From Candidatus Poribacteria bacterium (GTDB lineage Bacteria; Poribacteria; WGA-4E; WGA-3G): 64,000 nucleotides of DNA. The notes under the pieces were generated by a model that ran no database searches, was not told the origin of the DNA, and was given only the letters and a program-made list of their open reading frames with translations. Within the stretch, counting starts at the first letter, position 1, and each line of letters opens with the position of its first letter. Position numbers and translations under genes: made by a program. The stretch is taken from the NCBI GenBank assembly GCA_964291315.2, contig OZ219753.1, forward strand, positions 1,312,001 through 1,376,000. Direction: 5' to 3'. Shown here piece after piece: positions 19,260 to 28,889 of the stretch.

Positions 19260-20051
19260 TTACGTGTCAGTTTTTAGGCGTTTGAGTTCAGCCAATGCGT
19301 CTGCGAGCTCTGCGTCTGCAGCGTCTGCGCGTGCATCGGCTTGTTGTCGTGCGTCTGCCTCTGTGGCTGCCCGTGCGTCTGCCTCTGCTGCCCGTGTTTC
19401 TGCGCGTTGTCGTGCTTTTGCCTCTGCTTGTGCCCGTGCATCGGCTTCTTGTGCCCGTGCATCGGCGTGTCTAACCCGTCTCTCCAAAGGCTCCAGCCAC
19501 ACCGAACGCACCGGATCATACAACCCGAGAACCCCATCACGCTCGCCTAACTCTAAACCCAGCACAACCGACGGCAGACGATCCCCCACAAAACCTATCT
19601 CCTCATACACACCATCAACAAGACGATACCCGAGAAAAGAAGGCGACACCTCACCATAAGGATCGTAAATGTAATACTCGCGCACCCCAAGCACCGACGC
19701 ATACAACTCACGCTTAGCAGTCAAGTCCTGCCGATAGGTGCTGCGACTCGCTAACTCTAAGATAAAATCAGGCGCCTGCCCCTCTTCCCAGACCCGATAG
19801 GTGCGCCGCTGCTTTTTACTCACCCCGAAGACAACAAACACATCTGGCGACACCGATTTCCTCGGGTTCCCCTCCTCATAATACAGCATGAGATTGCCAG
19901 AGACATATGCGTCGTTGACATCTTGGAAGTGGTGCTCCAGCATCTGAATGCAGTCGATCATAAGTTTTCTGTGTTTGTCGGTTTCTGCCATAGGTTTATC
20001 GTCCGATTCGGGATAGACGAGCGTTGGAGCGGCTTTTATTTTGCTACACAT
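19260..20051 (-). CDS. Uma2/DUF820 endonuclease (copy 2, 7 heptads)
   Basis: Near-identical to copy 1. Confidence 0.9.
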   Translation of the reverse strand: MCSKIKAAPTLVYPESDDKPMAETDKHRKLMIDCIQMLEHHFQDVNDAYVSGNLMLYYEEGNPRKSVSPDVFVVFGVSKKQRRTYRVWEEGQAPDFILELASRSTYRQDLTAKRELYASVLGVREYYIYDPYGEVSPSFLGYRLVDGVYEEIGFVGDRLPSVVLGLELGERDGVLGLYDPVRSVWLEPLERRVRHADARAQEADARAQAEAKARQRAETRAAEADARAATEADARQQADARADAADAELADALAELKRLKTDT

Positions 20052-20168
20052 AGGTCTGCCTCCTGCCTCTACTATCGTAATGAACTTATAGAATAAAGTA
20101 TATCAGCAAAAGCTGGATATATCAAGTGGCTGATCTCAATAATTATCAAGGTTGCGTTGGGTATATGA

Positions 20169-20939
20169 TTACGTGTCAGTTTTTAGGCGTTTGAGTTCAG
20201 CCAATGCGTCTGCGAGCTCTGCGTCTAAAGCGTCTGCGCGTGCATCGGCTTGTTGTCGTGCGTCTGCCTCTGCTTGTGCTCGTGCATCAGCCTCTTGCCG
20301 GGCTCTTGCCTCTGCTTGCGCCCGTGCATCGGCTTCTTGTGCTCGTGCATCGGCGTGTCTAACCCGTCTCTCCAAAGGCTCCAGCCACGCTGAACGAACA
20401 GGATCATAAAATCCCAGTCGCCCCGCACGCTCGCCTAACTCTAAACCCAGCACAACCGACGGCAGACGACCGTTCACGAAGCCTATCTCCTCATACACGC
20501 CATCAACAAGACGATACCCGAGAAAAGAAGGCGACACCTCACCATAAGGATCGTAAATGTAATACTCGCGCACCCCAAGCACCGAGGCATACAACTCACG
20601 CTTAGCAGTCAAGTCCTGCCTATACGTGCTGCGACTCGCTAACTCTAAGATAAAATCAGGTGCCTGCCCCTCTTCCCAGACCCGATAGGTGCGCCGCTGC
20701 TTTTTACTCACCCCGAAGACAACAAACACATCTGGCGACACCGATTTCCTCGGGTTGCCCTCCTCATAATACAGCATGAGATTGCCAGAGACATATGCGT
20801 CGTTGACATCTTGGAAGTGGTGCTCCAGCATCTGAATGCGGTCGATCATAAGTTTTCTGTGTTTGTCGGTTTCTGCCATAGGTTTATCGTCCGATTCGGG
20901 ATAGACGAGCGTTGGAGCGGCTTTTATTTTGCTACACAT
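20169..20939 (-). CDS. Uma2/DUF820 endonuclease (copy 3, 6 heptads)
   Basis: Near-identical to copy 1; ERAGRLGFY block shared with copy 4. Confidence 0.9.
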   Translation of the reverse strand: MCSKIKAAPTLVYPESDDKPMAETDKHRKLMIDRIQMLEHHFQDVNDAYVSGNLMLYYEEGNPRKSVSPDVFVVFGVSKKQRRTYRVWEEGQAPDFILELASRSTYRQDLTAKRELYASVLGVREYYIYDPYGEVSPSFLGYRLVDGVYEEIGFVNGRLPSVVLGLELGERAGRLGFYDPVRSAWLEPLERRVRHADARAQEADARAQAEARARQEADARAQAEADARQQADARADALDAELADALAELKRLKTDT

Positions 20940-21056
20940 AGGTCTGCCTCCTGCCTCTACTATCGTAATGAACTTATAGAATAAAGTATATCAGCAAAAG
21001 CTGGATATATCAAGTGGCTGATCTCAATAATTATCAAGGTTGCGTTGGGTATATGA

Positions 21057-21890
21057 TTACGTGTCAGTTTTTAGGCGTTTGAGTTCAGCCAATGCGTCTG
21101 CGAGCTCTGCGTCTGCAGCGGCTGCGCGTGCATCGGCGTGTTGTCGTGCTTTTGCCTCTGCTTGTGCCCTGGCATCAGCCTCTTGTCGTGCTTTTGCCTC
21201 TGTGGCTGCGCGTGCATCGGCCTCTGCGGCCCTGGCATCGGCGTGTTGTCGTGCTTTTGCCTCTGCTTGCGCCCGTGCATCGGCTTCTTGTGCTCGTGCA
21301 TCGGCAGTCTGCAGCCATACCGAACGAACAGGGTCATAAAATCCCAGTCGCCCCGCACGCTCGCCTAACTCTAAACCCAGCACAAGCGACGGCAGACGAC
21401 CTTCCAAGAAGCCTATCTCCTCATACGCACCGTCCACAAGACGATACCCGAGAAAAGAAGGCGACACCTCGCCATAAGGATCGTAAATATAATACTCACG
21501 CACCCCAAGCACCGATGCATACAACTCACGCTTAGCAGTCAAGTCCTGCCTGTAGGTGCTTGGACTCGCCAACTCTAAGACAAAATTAGGCGCGTGTCCC
21601 TCTTCCCAGACGCGATAGGTGCGCCGATCCTGTTTGCTGACGCCGAAGACAACGAACACATCCGGAGACACGGATTTCTTAGGGTTTCCCTCTTCATAAT
21701 ACAGCATCAGATTGCCAGAGACATATACATCGTTGACCTTGCGGAAGTGGTGATTGAGTTTCTGAATGCAATCCATCATGAGGCTTCTGTGTTTATCAGT
21801 TTCTGCCATAGGTTTACCGTCCGATTCGGGATAGAGGATCGTTGGGTCTGGGTAGACCAACGTTGGAACGGCTTTTATGCTTCTCGGCAT
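21057..21890 (-). CDS. Uma2/DUF820 endonuclease (copy 4, divergent N-terminus, 9 heptads)
   Basis: Same motifs; start MPRSIKAVPTLVYPDPTILYPES; different upstream spacer. Confidence 0.9.
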   Translation of the reverse strand: MPRSIKAVPTLVYPDPTILYPESDGKPMAETDKHRSLMMDCIQKLNHHFRKVNDVYVSGNLMLYYEEGNPKKSVSPDVFVVFGVSKQDRRTYRVWEEGHAPNFVLELASPSTYRQDLTAKRELYASVLGVREYYIYDPYGEVSPSFLGYRLVDGAYEEIGFLEGRLPSLVLGLELGERAGRLGFYDPVRSVWLQTADARAQEADARAQAEAKARQHADARAAEADARAATEAKARQEADARAQAEAKARQHADARAAAADAELADALAELKRLKTDT

Positions 21891-21966
21891 GGCACTACCT
21901 CCTGTCTCTCTTGTTGTAATGAACTTATTGTATAGAGTTTATCCATACTGTTTGATCACGGAATCA

Positions 21967-22800
21967 TTATTTTTCAGTTTTCAGGCGTTTTATTTCAGCC
22001 AATGCGTCTGCGAGCTCTGCGTCTGCAGCTGCTGCGCGTGCATCGGCTTGTTGTCGTGCTTTTGCCTCTGCTTGTGCCCTGGCATCAGCCTCTTGTCGTG
22101 CTTTTGCCTCTGTGGCTGCCCGTGCATCGGCCTCTGCGGCCCTGGCATCAGCCTCTTGTCGTGCTTTTGCCTCTGCTTGCGCCCTGGCATCAGCTTCTTG
22201 TGCCCGTGCATCAGCGTGTCTAACCTGTTTATCCAAAGGCTCCAGCCATACCGAACGAACAGGATCATACAACCCGAGAACCCCATCACGCTCGCCTAAC
22301 TCTAAACCCAGCACAAGCGACGGCAGACGATCCCCCGCAAAATCTATCTCCTCATACACACCATCAACAAGACGATACCCGAGAAAAGAGGGCGACACCT
22401 CGCCATAAGGATCGTAAATGTAATACTCACGCACCCCAAGCACCGAGGCATACAACTCACGCTTAGCAGTCAAGTCCTGCCGATAGGTGCTGCGACTCGC
22501 TAACTCTAACACAAAATCGGGCGCATGTCCCTCTTCCCAGACCCGATAGGTGCGCCGATCCTTTTTGCTGACCCCGAAGACAACAAACACATCTGGCGAT
22601 ACCGATTTCCTCGGGTTCCCCTCCTCATAATACAGCATGAGATTGCCAGAGACATATGCGTCGTTGACATCTTGGAAGTGGTGCTCCAGCATCTGAATGC
22701 AGTCGATCATAAGTTTTCTGTGTTTGTCGGTTTCTGCCATAGGTTTATCGTCCGATTCGGGATAGACGAGCGTTGGAGCGGCTTTTATTTTGCTACACAT
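21967..22800 (-). CDS. Uma2/DUF820 endonuclease (copy 5, 9 heptads)
   Basis: Same motifs; unique KTEK end. Confidence 0.9.
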   Translation of the reverse strand: MCSKIKAAPTLVYPESDDKPMAETDKHRKLMIDCIQMLEHHFQDVNDAYVSGNLMLYYEEGNPRKSVSPDVFVVFGVSKKDRRTYRVWEEGHAPDFVLELASRSTYRQDLTAKRELYASVLGVREYYIYDPYGEVSPSFLGYRLVDGVYEEIDFAGDRLPSLVLGLELGERDGVLGLYDPVRSVWLEPLDKQVRHADARAQEADARAQAEAKARQEADARAAEADARAATEAKARQEADARAQAEAKARQQADARAAAADAELADALAEIKRLKTEK

Positions 22801-22917
22801 AGGTCTGCCTCCTGCCTCTACTATCGTAATAAACTTATAGAATAAAGTATATCAGCGAAAGCTGGATATATCAAGTGGCTGATCTCAATAATTATCAAGG
22901 TTGCGTTGGGTATATGA

Positions 22918-23730
22918 TTACGTGTCAGTTTTTAGGCGTTTGAGTTCAGCCAATGCGTCTGCGAGCTCTGCGTCTAAAGCTTGTGCGCGTGCATCAGCCT
23001 CTTGCCGGGCTCTTGCCTCTGCGTCTGCGCGTGCATCGGCGTGTTGTCGTGCTTTTGCCTCTGCTTGTGCTCGGGCATCAGCCTCTTGCCGGGCTCTTGC
23101 CTCTGCTTGCGCCCTGGCATCGGCTTCTTGTGCCCGTGCATCAGCGTGTCTAACCTGTTTATCCAAAGGCTCCAGCCATACCGAACGAACAGGATCATAC
23201 AACCCGAGAACCCCATCACGCTCGCCTAACTCTAAACCTAGCACAAGCGACGGCAGACGACCGTTCACGAAGCCTATCTCCTCATACACGCCATCAACAA
23301 GACGATACCCGAGAAAAGAAGGCGACACCTCACCATAAGGATCGTAAATATAATACTCACGCACCCCAAGCACCGACGCATACAACTCCCGCTTAGCAGT
23401 CAAGTCCTGCCGATAGGTGCTGCGACTCGCTAACTCTAACACAAAATCGGGAGCGTGTCCCTCTTCCCAGACCCGATAGGTGCGCCGATCCTTTTTGCTG
23501 ACCCCGAAGACAACAAACACATCTGGCGATACCGATTTCCTGGGGTTCCCCTCCTCATAATACATCATGAGATTGCCAGAGACATATGCGTCGTTGACAT
23601 CTTGGAAGTGGTGCTCCAGCATCTGAATGCAGTCGATCATAAGTTTTCTGTGTTTGTCGGTTTCTGCCATAGGTTTATCGTCCGATTCGGGATAGACGAG
23701 CGTTGGAGCGGCTTTTATTTTGCTACACAT
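22918..23730 (-). CDS. Uma2/DUF820 endonuclease (copy 6, 8 heptads)
   Basis: Same motifs. Confidence 0.9.
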   Translation of the reverse strand: MCSKIKAAPTLVYPESDDKPMAETDKHRKLMIDCIQMLEHHFQDVNDAYVSGNLMMYYEEGNPRKSVSPDVFVVFGVSKKDRRTYRVWEEGHAPDFVLELASRSTYRQDLTAKRELYASVLGVREYYIYDPYGEVSPSFLGYRLVDGVYEEIGFVNGRLPSLVLGLELGERDGVLGLYDPVRSVWLEPLDKQVRHADARAQEADARAQAEARARQEADARAQAEAKARQHADARADAEARARQEADARAQALDAELADALAELKRLKTDT

Positions 23731-23798
23731 AGGTCTGCCTCCTGCCTCTACTATCGTAATGAACTTATAGGATAAAGGGTATCAGCAAAAGCTGCCCC

Positions 23799-24269
23799 TT
23801 ATGGTTGGACTATTCGCTGTTGTTTGAGGGTCTCTATATCTGCTGCCAGCGCCTCGATCTGCTTTTCGAAGATGCGTTCTTTTCTAATGCGCCACATCAT
23901 TATCACCTGTGGCAGCCCTATAACGACCCCTATTATTACCATCAGCCACGTCATCATTTTTTCTATACCACCGATGCGTTCATTTACGCCGTCAATGCGT
24001 CCTTCTACGCCGTCAATGCGCCCATTTACAGCGTCTATGCGCCCTTCTACACCCTCGATGCGCCCGTTTACAGCGTCTATGCGCCCATTAAGGGCAGCGA
24101 CTTGAGTCTTTAGGGTCACGATGTCGGCTCTTATCGGCTTCAGCTCCTCGCTGAGCTCCTCTTTGATGATCAACCGTATCTTATTCAGATCGGCATCCGT
24201 TAACGCACAAAACACAGGCGAGGCAATCACAAAAAAGAGCACAGAGAGTATAAATACCTTTTGCATCAC
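23799..24269 (-). CDS. Membrane-anchored coiled-coil protein with 21-bp heptad repeats
   Basis: Signal peptide, repeated (V/L)(N/E)GRI(D/E)(A/G) heptads, TM helix WLMVIIGVVIGLP and a short C-terminal coil. Confidence 0.8.
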   Translation of the reverse strand: MMQKVFILSVLFFVIASPVFCALTDADLNKIRLIIKEELSEELKPIRADIVTLKTQVAALNGRIDAVNGRIEGVEGRIDAVNGRIDGVEGRIDGVNERIGGIEKMMTWLMVIIGVVIGLPQVIMMWRIRKERIFEKQIEALAADIETLKQQRIVQP

Positions 24270-24484
24270 GGACTCCTCTGGACCAATTTAGCTTTCATGC
24301 TTACTTTTCATGCTCACTATTGTCCCATTTTCTCAAGCGTTTGTCAAGGAAATTGAGATGTGCCTACATTTGACTACACTACATTTGCCCCTATTTTTCG
24401 CGACTGCAACACGCCCCACCACTTGATAAAAAAAATGAAACCGTCACCGCAGATTTATAGTTAAATTAACGATTGACTTTTTAG

Positions 24485-24514
24485 TTGACTTTTTTTCTAA
24501 CGTCCGTGTATAAT
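24485..24514 (+). promoter_or_regulatory. Sigma70 promoter of the large secreted-protein gene
   Basis: TTGACT-N18-TATAAT. Confidence 0.65.
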
Positions 24515-24522
24515 ATAGGAAT

Positions 24523-24674
24523 ACCTTGTTGGGGCGGCACTGCTAGGTCCTGTGCTGACAGGAACTGCCGCCCTACCATCCTAGCAGGGGGTCAAAAACA
24601 AGGTCAGGGTAACCAGTTTTTTTCAAATCACAATAGACATCACGGCATGCGGAGACTCCGTGATAAACGTGATG
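24523..24674 (+). ncRNA. Candidate structured 5' leader RNA with a pseudoknot
   Basis: Four perfect helices (8, 8, 8 and 6 bp) within 82 nt, two of them crossing, plus alternative hairpins before the RBS. Confidence 0.55.
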
Positions 24675-24707
24675 CATTGACAAGACAAGGAGAAGGATAT
24701 TTTCTTT

Positions 24708-27700
24708 ATGAAAAACGTAATAACGCAAAAAATCGCCTTAAGCCTGCTGATAACGCTTGTATTAGCGTTCGGGGTGCCGGGAGGCGCAGACGCGATTACC
24801 AGGTTCACCAGAACCTCCAGCGACTACCCATTGGTAGCACCTCAAACAGACTTCACCATTCGGTTCGGAGTCACCTTTACCTCCACCTCCACCGATTCAG
24901 AGACGGCTCGGATTACAGTATCGGGAGGCTCTCTCAAGAAAGTAGGAAACTTTGACGCTTCTGGAACTACCCAAGATTTAACGGAGGGAGGAACCGCCGG
25001 CAAAGGACAGCTCCTCAGCTCTCACACATTAACCCTGACTTCCGGCGCAGCAGGCAAGATGAGCGTTACAATCTCGGATCGAACCTCCGGTGACAAAGCC
25101 AACGATTTGGTCTTTACGATCTACGTATCACCCGCTTTTACAAGTACTAACGCTCCGGCCTTCAGCAGCAGCTCTGTTACGACCGCTAGAGGGGATGTAA
25201 AATTTTCAACCTCAACGCCGCTAACCCTTAGCGGGGAGCACATCCGATTAAACTATAGGGTTACAGGTAACGGATCCGTCTTTATCAAAGAAGATGGCAA
25301 GGACGCAGGTACCACTTCAAAAAACCTGACCACATCTTCCGCGGCACCTGTCTATGTTCGTATGGGGGGAGGTACTAACAGAATAGCTATCTCTATTGTT
25401 GGTCAAAGAGCTAGCTCAACCATACAGGCTACCTATATCTATGGGGAGGAAACGGTACAAATAGTATCTGGCGATAAGCAGACCGGCGCAGTAGGCTCGG
25501 CTCTCGGCCAGCCGTTCGTTGTTAGGCTGACAGATACTGCGAATCGGCCTATTTCTGGCGTAAACGTTACATTTGATCCAGAAACAACAGATAATGACGA
25601 AGCTGCAATATTCATAAAAGATCTCGGTACGCCCGACGATTTGCATGTTGCTTATGGTGCAGGCACTACTCCATTCACCACTACCCAAGGTCAAGCCGTA
25701 GTAAAAACCAATGCCAACGGCGAAGCCAAGGCTGTTTGGGTACTGCACCGGACTGCGCATGCCCTTGAGAATGTTGCCCATGCTCACCTGAGTGGGCGTT
25801 CTTCGGGAAGTAATGCTTCAGTTGCTTTTCAGGCAAGGGCTGTAGCAAAAAACCCGGTCGTGAGCTCTATTGTGATAGCATCCGGCAACGGGCAGAGCGC
25901 CGATCAATACGGAATCATCGCCAACCCTTTGGTGGTTAGCGTCCGAGATTCGGCCGGCCACTTGGTTAAAGGACAAACAGTGCTGTTCATCGCGTTAAGT
26001 GGCGGGACACTCAGTAACAGCTCAGACGAAGAGCCAGGGGCAGCCTCTGGCAGTAGCAGTGGTGCTAGTGTAACAGTCACAACAGATAACAGGGGTCAAG
26101 CCGGTGTTCGCTATGCGCCGTCGCAAGTCGGCGGAAGCCAGCAGGTGCGGGCGAGCATTACAGGGAGCGCCAGCTCCGTAACTTTTACTGTCAACGGCAC
26201 ACGAGGCACAACCCCAACTACACCTACAACTACACCCGATTCCACCACACCCTCGACCCCAACCACACCTCCGCCGACGGACGGCGGGATTGTCGCAAGT
26301 CGCCTCAGAGTGGTGAGCGGTAACCAGCAGACCGGTGCACCAGGGGCAGTGCTCAACCCGTTTGTCGTTCAACTCTTAGATACAGACGGCGACGGCATTG
26401 ATCTCGTGGAGATCGATTTTGAAGTTGTATCCGGGAGCGGCACGCTCTCTGATAGCATGGATCAGACCGATGAGAGTGGCAATGCACGCTCAACGCTCAC
26501 CCTCGGCAGTTCCGCTGGCACCGTAACCGTCCGGGTAAGCGTAGATTCCGATGAAATCGGGGGCCGTTCCATTTCCCCAGTCACCTTCACTGCAACGGCA
26601 GAGGTAACAACATTGCCACCCGATGCAATCAACATCGTCGGCGATGAAACGTTGACCGGCGATATCAACGAAGAGATAGAGCTCACCGTCCAAGTTGTAG
26701 ATGCAGATGAAGATGGGGTAGACTTCGAACTCGTCACGTTCACCGTCACTGAAGGAAACGGGAGACTTCGCCCCAGTAGAGATCGAACCGACGAGGATGG
26801 CAATGCATCGACCTTTTTCACGCCTACCTCCCCGGGAACGTTGGAAGTTCGAGCCAATTCAGGCGACCTGGATCCTGTCACTTTCACGATCACAACCTCC
26901 GATCCGCCTGACGCGATTACGATTATCTCCGGAAACAACCAGAGCGGTAGACCCGGGGCCAGACTTGCCAACCCGTTTGTCGTTAGAGTGACTGATGCCC
27001 TCGACGACCCAGTTGCTGGGGTGACAGTCTCATTTTCGGTGACCGCAGGCGGCGGTAGCCTCTCCACCCAGAGCGCAACCACGAATAGCAACGGACGCGC
27101 ACAGGCAGTGCTGACCCTCGGCGCTGACTCCGGCAATAACACCGTCACTGCACGTGTCACAGGGCTGACGCCTGTTACCTTCAGGGCGATGTCGGGGGCA
27201 GAAGTGCACGTGGCTGCCGCACAGCGCCCACCGATGTACTGGGTTGGTAGAGCCCAAGGCACGCTCCATCGCCTCGTCGGCGCCGCAGTTGAGAACCTCC
27301 TGCCGAATGTCACGGGTGTCACGGACATCGCAGTGGATGCAGCACAGGGAGCTCTCTATTTTGCTGTGAAAGTAGGTGAAAACAGAGGTTCCATCCGGAG
27401 TTCAGCCCTCAATGGACAGAACGTCAGGACTATCAAGACGTTGACGGCTGTCCCCAACGGAATCGCCGTTGACGCGGCAAGCCAGACGGTCTATTGGACA
27501 AACTCCCGCGGCCGAATCCAATCTATCCCTGCAACGGGGAGCTCCAAGCTCACCAACGAAGTACAGAATATCTCTAACCCGAGCGCAATTGCGGTTTACA
27601 ACCAATTTGTCTATTGGGTAGAGTTGAACCGGCTCCGCAGGGCCAGTCTCACTGCCACACCGCAGACGGCGGAAACGCTTGCAACGGCAGATGGCAATAT

Positions 27701-28667
27701 TGTGAGCATCGCCGTCGCCAAAGGCAAAATTTACTGGATCGAAAGCGGTGTAGGCGGACGGGGGACTCTCAAACGTTCCAACCTCGCAGGCAAGAACGTC
27801 GAAACCCTTAAAACCTTCGCCTCCAATGTACCCACTTCGGTAGCAGTGGATAGTTCAGACAACAAAATTTACTGGACGAAGGGCTCAGGTACAATCCAGC
27901 GCTCGAACCTCGCGGGTAAGTGGACGAAAAACATCGTTACCGGATTGGCTAACCCGAGTGCTATCGCGCTTGGCACAATAACAGACAACCCGACTCCTGC
28001 CCAGCCGGCATCTTTGATATCAGAGGGGACAACGCCTAAAAAACCAACCACCTCCAAATACGATGTCAATGGCGATGGCAGCGTGGACGATCAGGATGTC
28101 ACCCTTGTAGCACTCGCCCTTGACGGAAAATATAACGCAAAATACGACGTTAACGGTGACAAAGTGGTGGACGCAAAAGACCTCCGCGCAGTCATCAATA
28201 ACACAGAGGACACTTCCGCAGCACCCGCAATCAATCTAGACCTGAAGGCACTAGACATCGATTTCGATCGGGTTCAGGCACAGATTGAGAGCGTACTGGT
28301 ATCCGACGATATGTCGCCCTCAACGCGACGCACATTGATGTATCTCCAACACCTCTTGGCAACAGCGCGGCCCTCGGAGACAACGTTGTTAACCAACTAT
28401 CCGAACCCGTTCAACCCAGAAACTTGGATACCGTATCAATTGGCGGACAGCACCGAGGTGCGGATTAACATCTACGATGCCCAAGGCATCTTGATACGGG
28501 CATTGAACCTCGGGCATCAAACCGCGGGCTACTACACCCACCGGAGTCGCGCCGCGTATTGGGACGGACGCAACGCCCTCGGCGAACCGGTTGCGAGCGG
28601 TATCTACTTCTACCAGCTCCAAACCGATACAACCTCCCTTATGCGGAAAATGGTTATCTTGAAGTAG
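24708..28667 (+). CDS. Large secreted adhesin-like protein: Big_1 Ig repeats, LDL-receptor class B (YWTD) propeller, dockerin/EF-hand-like repeat, C-terminal FlgD/T9SS-like domain
   Basis: Signal peptide; repeated 'SGNNQSG..G..LANPFVVRV' modules; PT-rich linker; YWT/YWV/YWI repeats; DVNGDG/DVNGDK pair; LLTNYPNPFNPETWIPYQLA...SGIYFYQL...RKMVILK. Confidence 0.85.
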   Translation: MKNVITQKIALSLLITLVLAFGVPGGADAITRFTRTSSDYPLVAPQTDFTIRFGVTFTSTSTDSETARITVSGGSLKKVGNFDASGTTQDLTEGGTAGKGQLLSSHTLTLTSGAAGKMSVTISDRTSGDKANDLVFTIYVSPAFTSTNAPAFSSSSVTTARGDVKFSTSTPLTLSGEHIRLNYRVTGNGSVFIKEDGKDAGTTSKNLTTSSAAPVYVRMGGGTNRIAISIVGQRASSTIQATYIYGEETVQIVSGDKQTGAVGSALGQPFVVRLTDTANRPISGVNVTFDPETTDNDEAAIFIKDLGTPDDLHVAYGAGTTPFTTTQGQAVVKTNANGEAKAVWVLHRTAHALENVAHAHLSGRSSGSNASVAFQARAVAKNPVVSSIVIASGNGQSADQYGIIANPLVVSVRDSAGHLVKGQTVLFIALSGGTLSNSSDEEPGAASGSSSGASVTVTTDNRGQAGVRYAPSQVGGSQQVRASITGSASSVTFTVNGTRGTTPTTPTTTPDSTTPSTPTTPPPTDGGIVASRLRVVSGNQQTGAPGAVLNPFVVQLLDTDGDGIDLVEIDFEVVSGSGTLSDSMDQTDESGNARSTLTLGSSAGTVTVRVSVDSDEIGGRSISPVTFTATAEVTTLPPDAINIVGDETLTGDINEEIELTVQVVDADEDGVDFELVTFTVTEGNGRLRPSRDRTDEDGNASTFFTPTSPGTLEVRANSGDLDPVTFTITTSDPPDAITIISGNNQSGRPGARLANPFVVRVTDALDDPVAGVTVSFSVTAGGGSLSTQSATTNSNGRAQAVLTLGADSGNNTVTARVTGLTPVTFRAMSGAEVHVAAAQRPPMYWVGRAQGTLHRLVGAAVENLLPNVTGVTDIAVDAAQGALYFAVKVGENRGSIRSSALNGQNVRTIKTLTAVPNGIAVDAASQTVYWTNSRGRIQSIPATGSSKLTNEVQNISNPSAIAVYNQFVYWVELNRLRRASLTATPQTAETLATADGNIVSIAVAKGKIYWIESGVGGRGTLKRSNLAGKNVETLKTFASNVPTSVAVDSSDNKIYWTKGSGTIQRSNLAGKWTKNIVTGLANPSAIALGTITDNPTPAQPASLISEGTTPKKPTTSKYDVNGDGSVDDQDVTLVALALDGKYNAKYDVNGDKVVDAKDLRAVINNTEDTSAAPAINLDLKALDIDFDRVQAQIESVLVSDDMSPSTRRTLMYLQHLLATARPSETTLLTNYPNPFNPETWIPYQLADSTEVRINIYDAQGILIRALNLGHQTAGYYTHRSRAAYWDGRNALGEPVASGIYFYQLQTDTTSLMRKMVILK

Positions 28668-28678
28668 TCGCACAACAT

Positions 28679-28716
28679 AAAAGAGGCACGGTCTCAAAAC
28701 CGTGCCTCTTTTATTT
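28679..28716 (+). terminator. Rho-independent terminator (possibly bidirectional)
   Basis: AAAAGAGGCACGGT-ctcaaa-ACCGTGCCTCTTTT followed by a T-rich tail, 11 bp after the stop codon. Confidence 0.85.
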
Positions 28717-28854
28717 ATAAATAGATTGGAAAGCACCGCCTGGCCTTCCTTAAAATGGATCTCCTTGAACAGAAACGACGTGTGTATTAACCGTTTCCGT
28801 TTGTAATCTCCTTTGACTTGAATATCTTGGCGGACGCTCTGTCACTATATAGGC

Positions 28855-28870
28855 GCTTGTAGCATAGACT
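28855..28870 (+). repeat. GTAG-type REP-like repeat, copy 2
   Basis: Identical to 18202-18217. Confidence 0.55.
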
Positions 28871-28889
28871 CTCATTTGAAAATAAAAAC

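Larger units (their letters stand above)
18290..23793 (-). repeat. Tandem array of six ~0.9-kb units, each carrying a Uma2 gene
   Basis: Start-to-start periods 909, 888, 951, 910 and 930 bp; near-identical coding and intergenic sequence. Confidence 0.95.

Noticed and set aside
18266-23775. Many Ala/Cys/Arg-rich ORFs antisense to, or in other frames of, the Uma2 genes
   Set aside because: They are shadows of the stop-free 21-bp repeats.
18290-23793. CRISPR array or integron cassette array
   Set aside because: The repeat units are whole paralogous genes; there are no unique spacers, attC-like sites, cas genes or integrase.
24531-24587. Canonical HDV-like ribozyme
   Set aside because: P1 is too long, P3 is 6 bp with a 4-nt loop, and P1.1 and P4 are absent; kept only as an unassigned pseudoknot.
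24485-24955. 156-aa ORF overlapping the start of the large gene
   Set aside because: It starts inside the -35 box, spans the structured leader and has no recognisable protein features.
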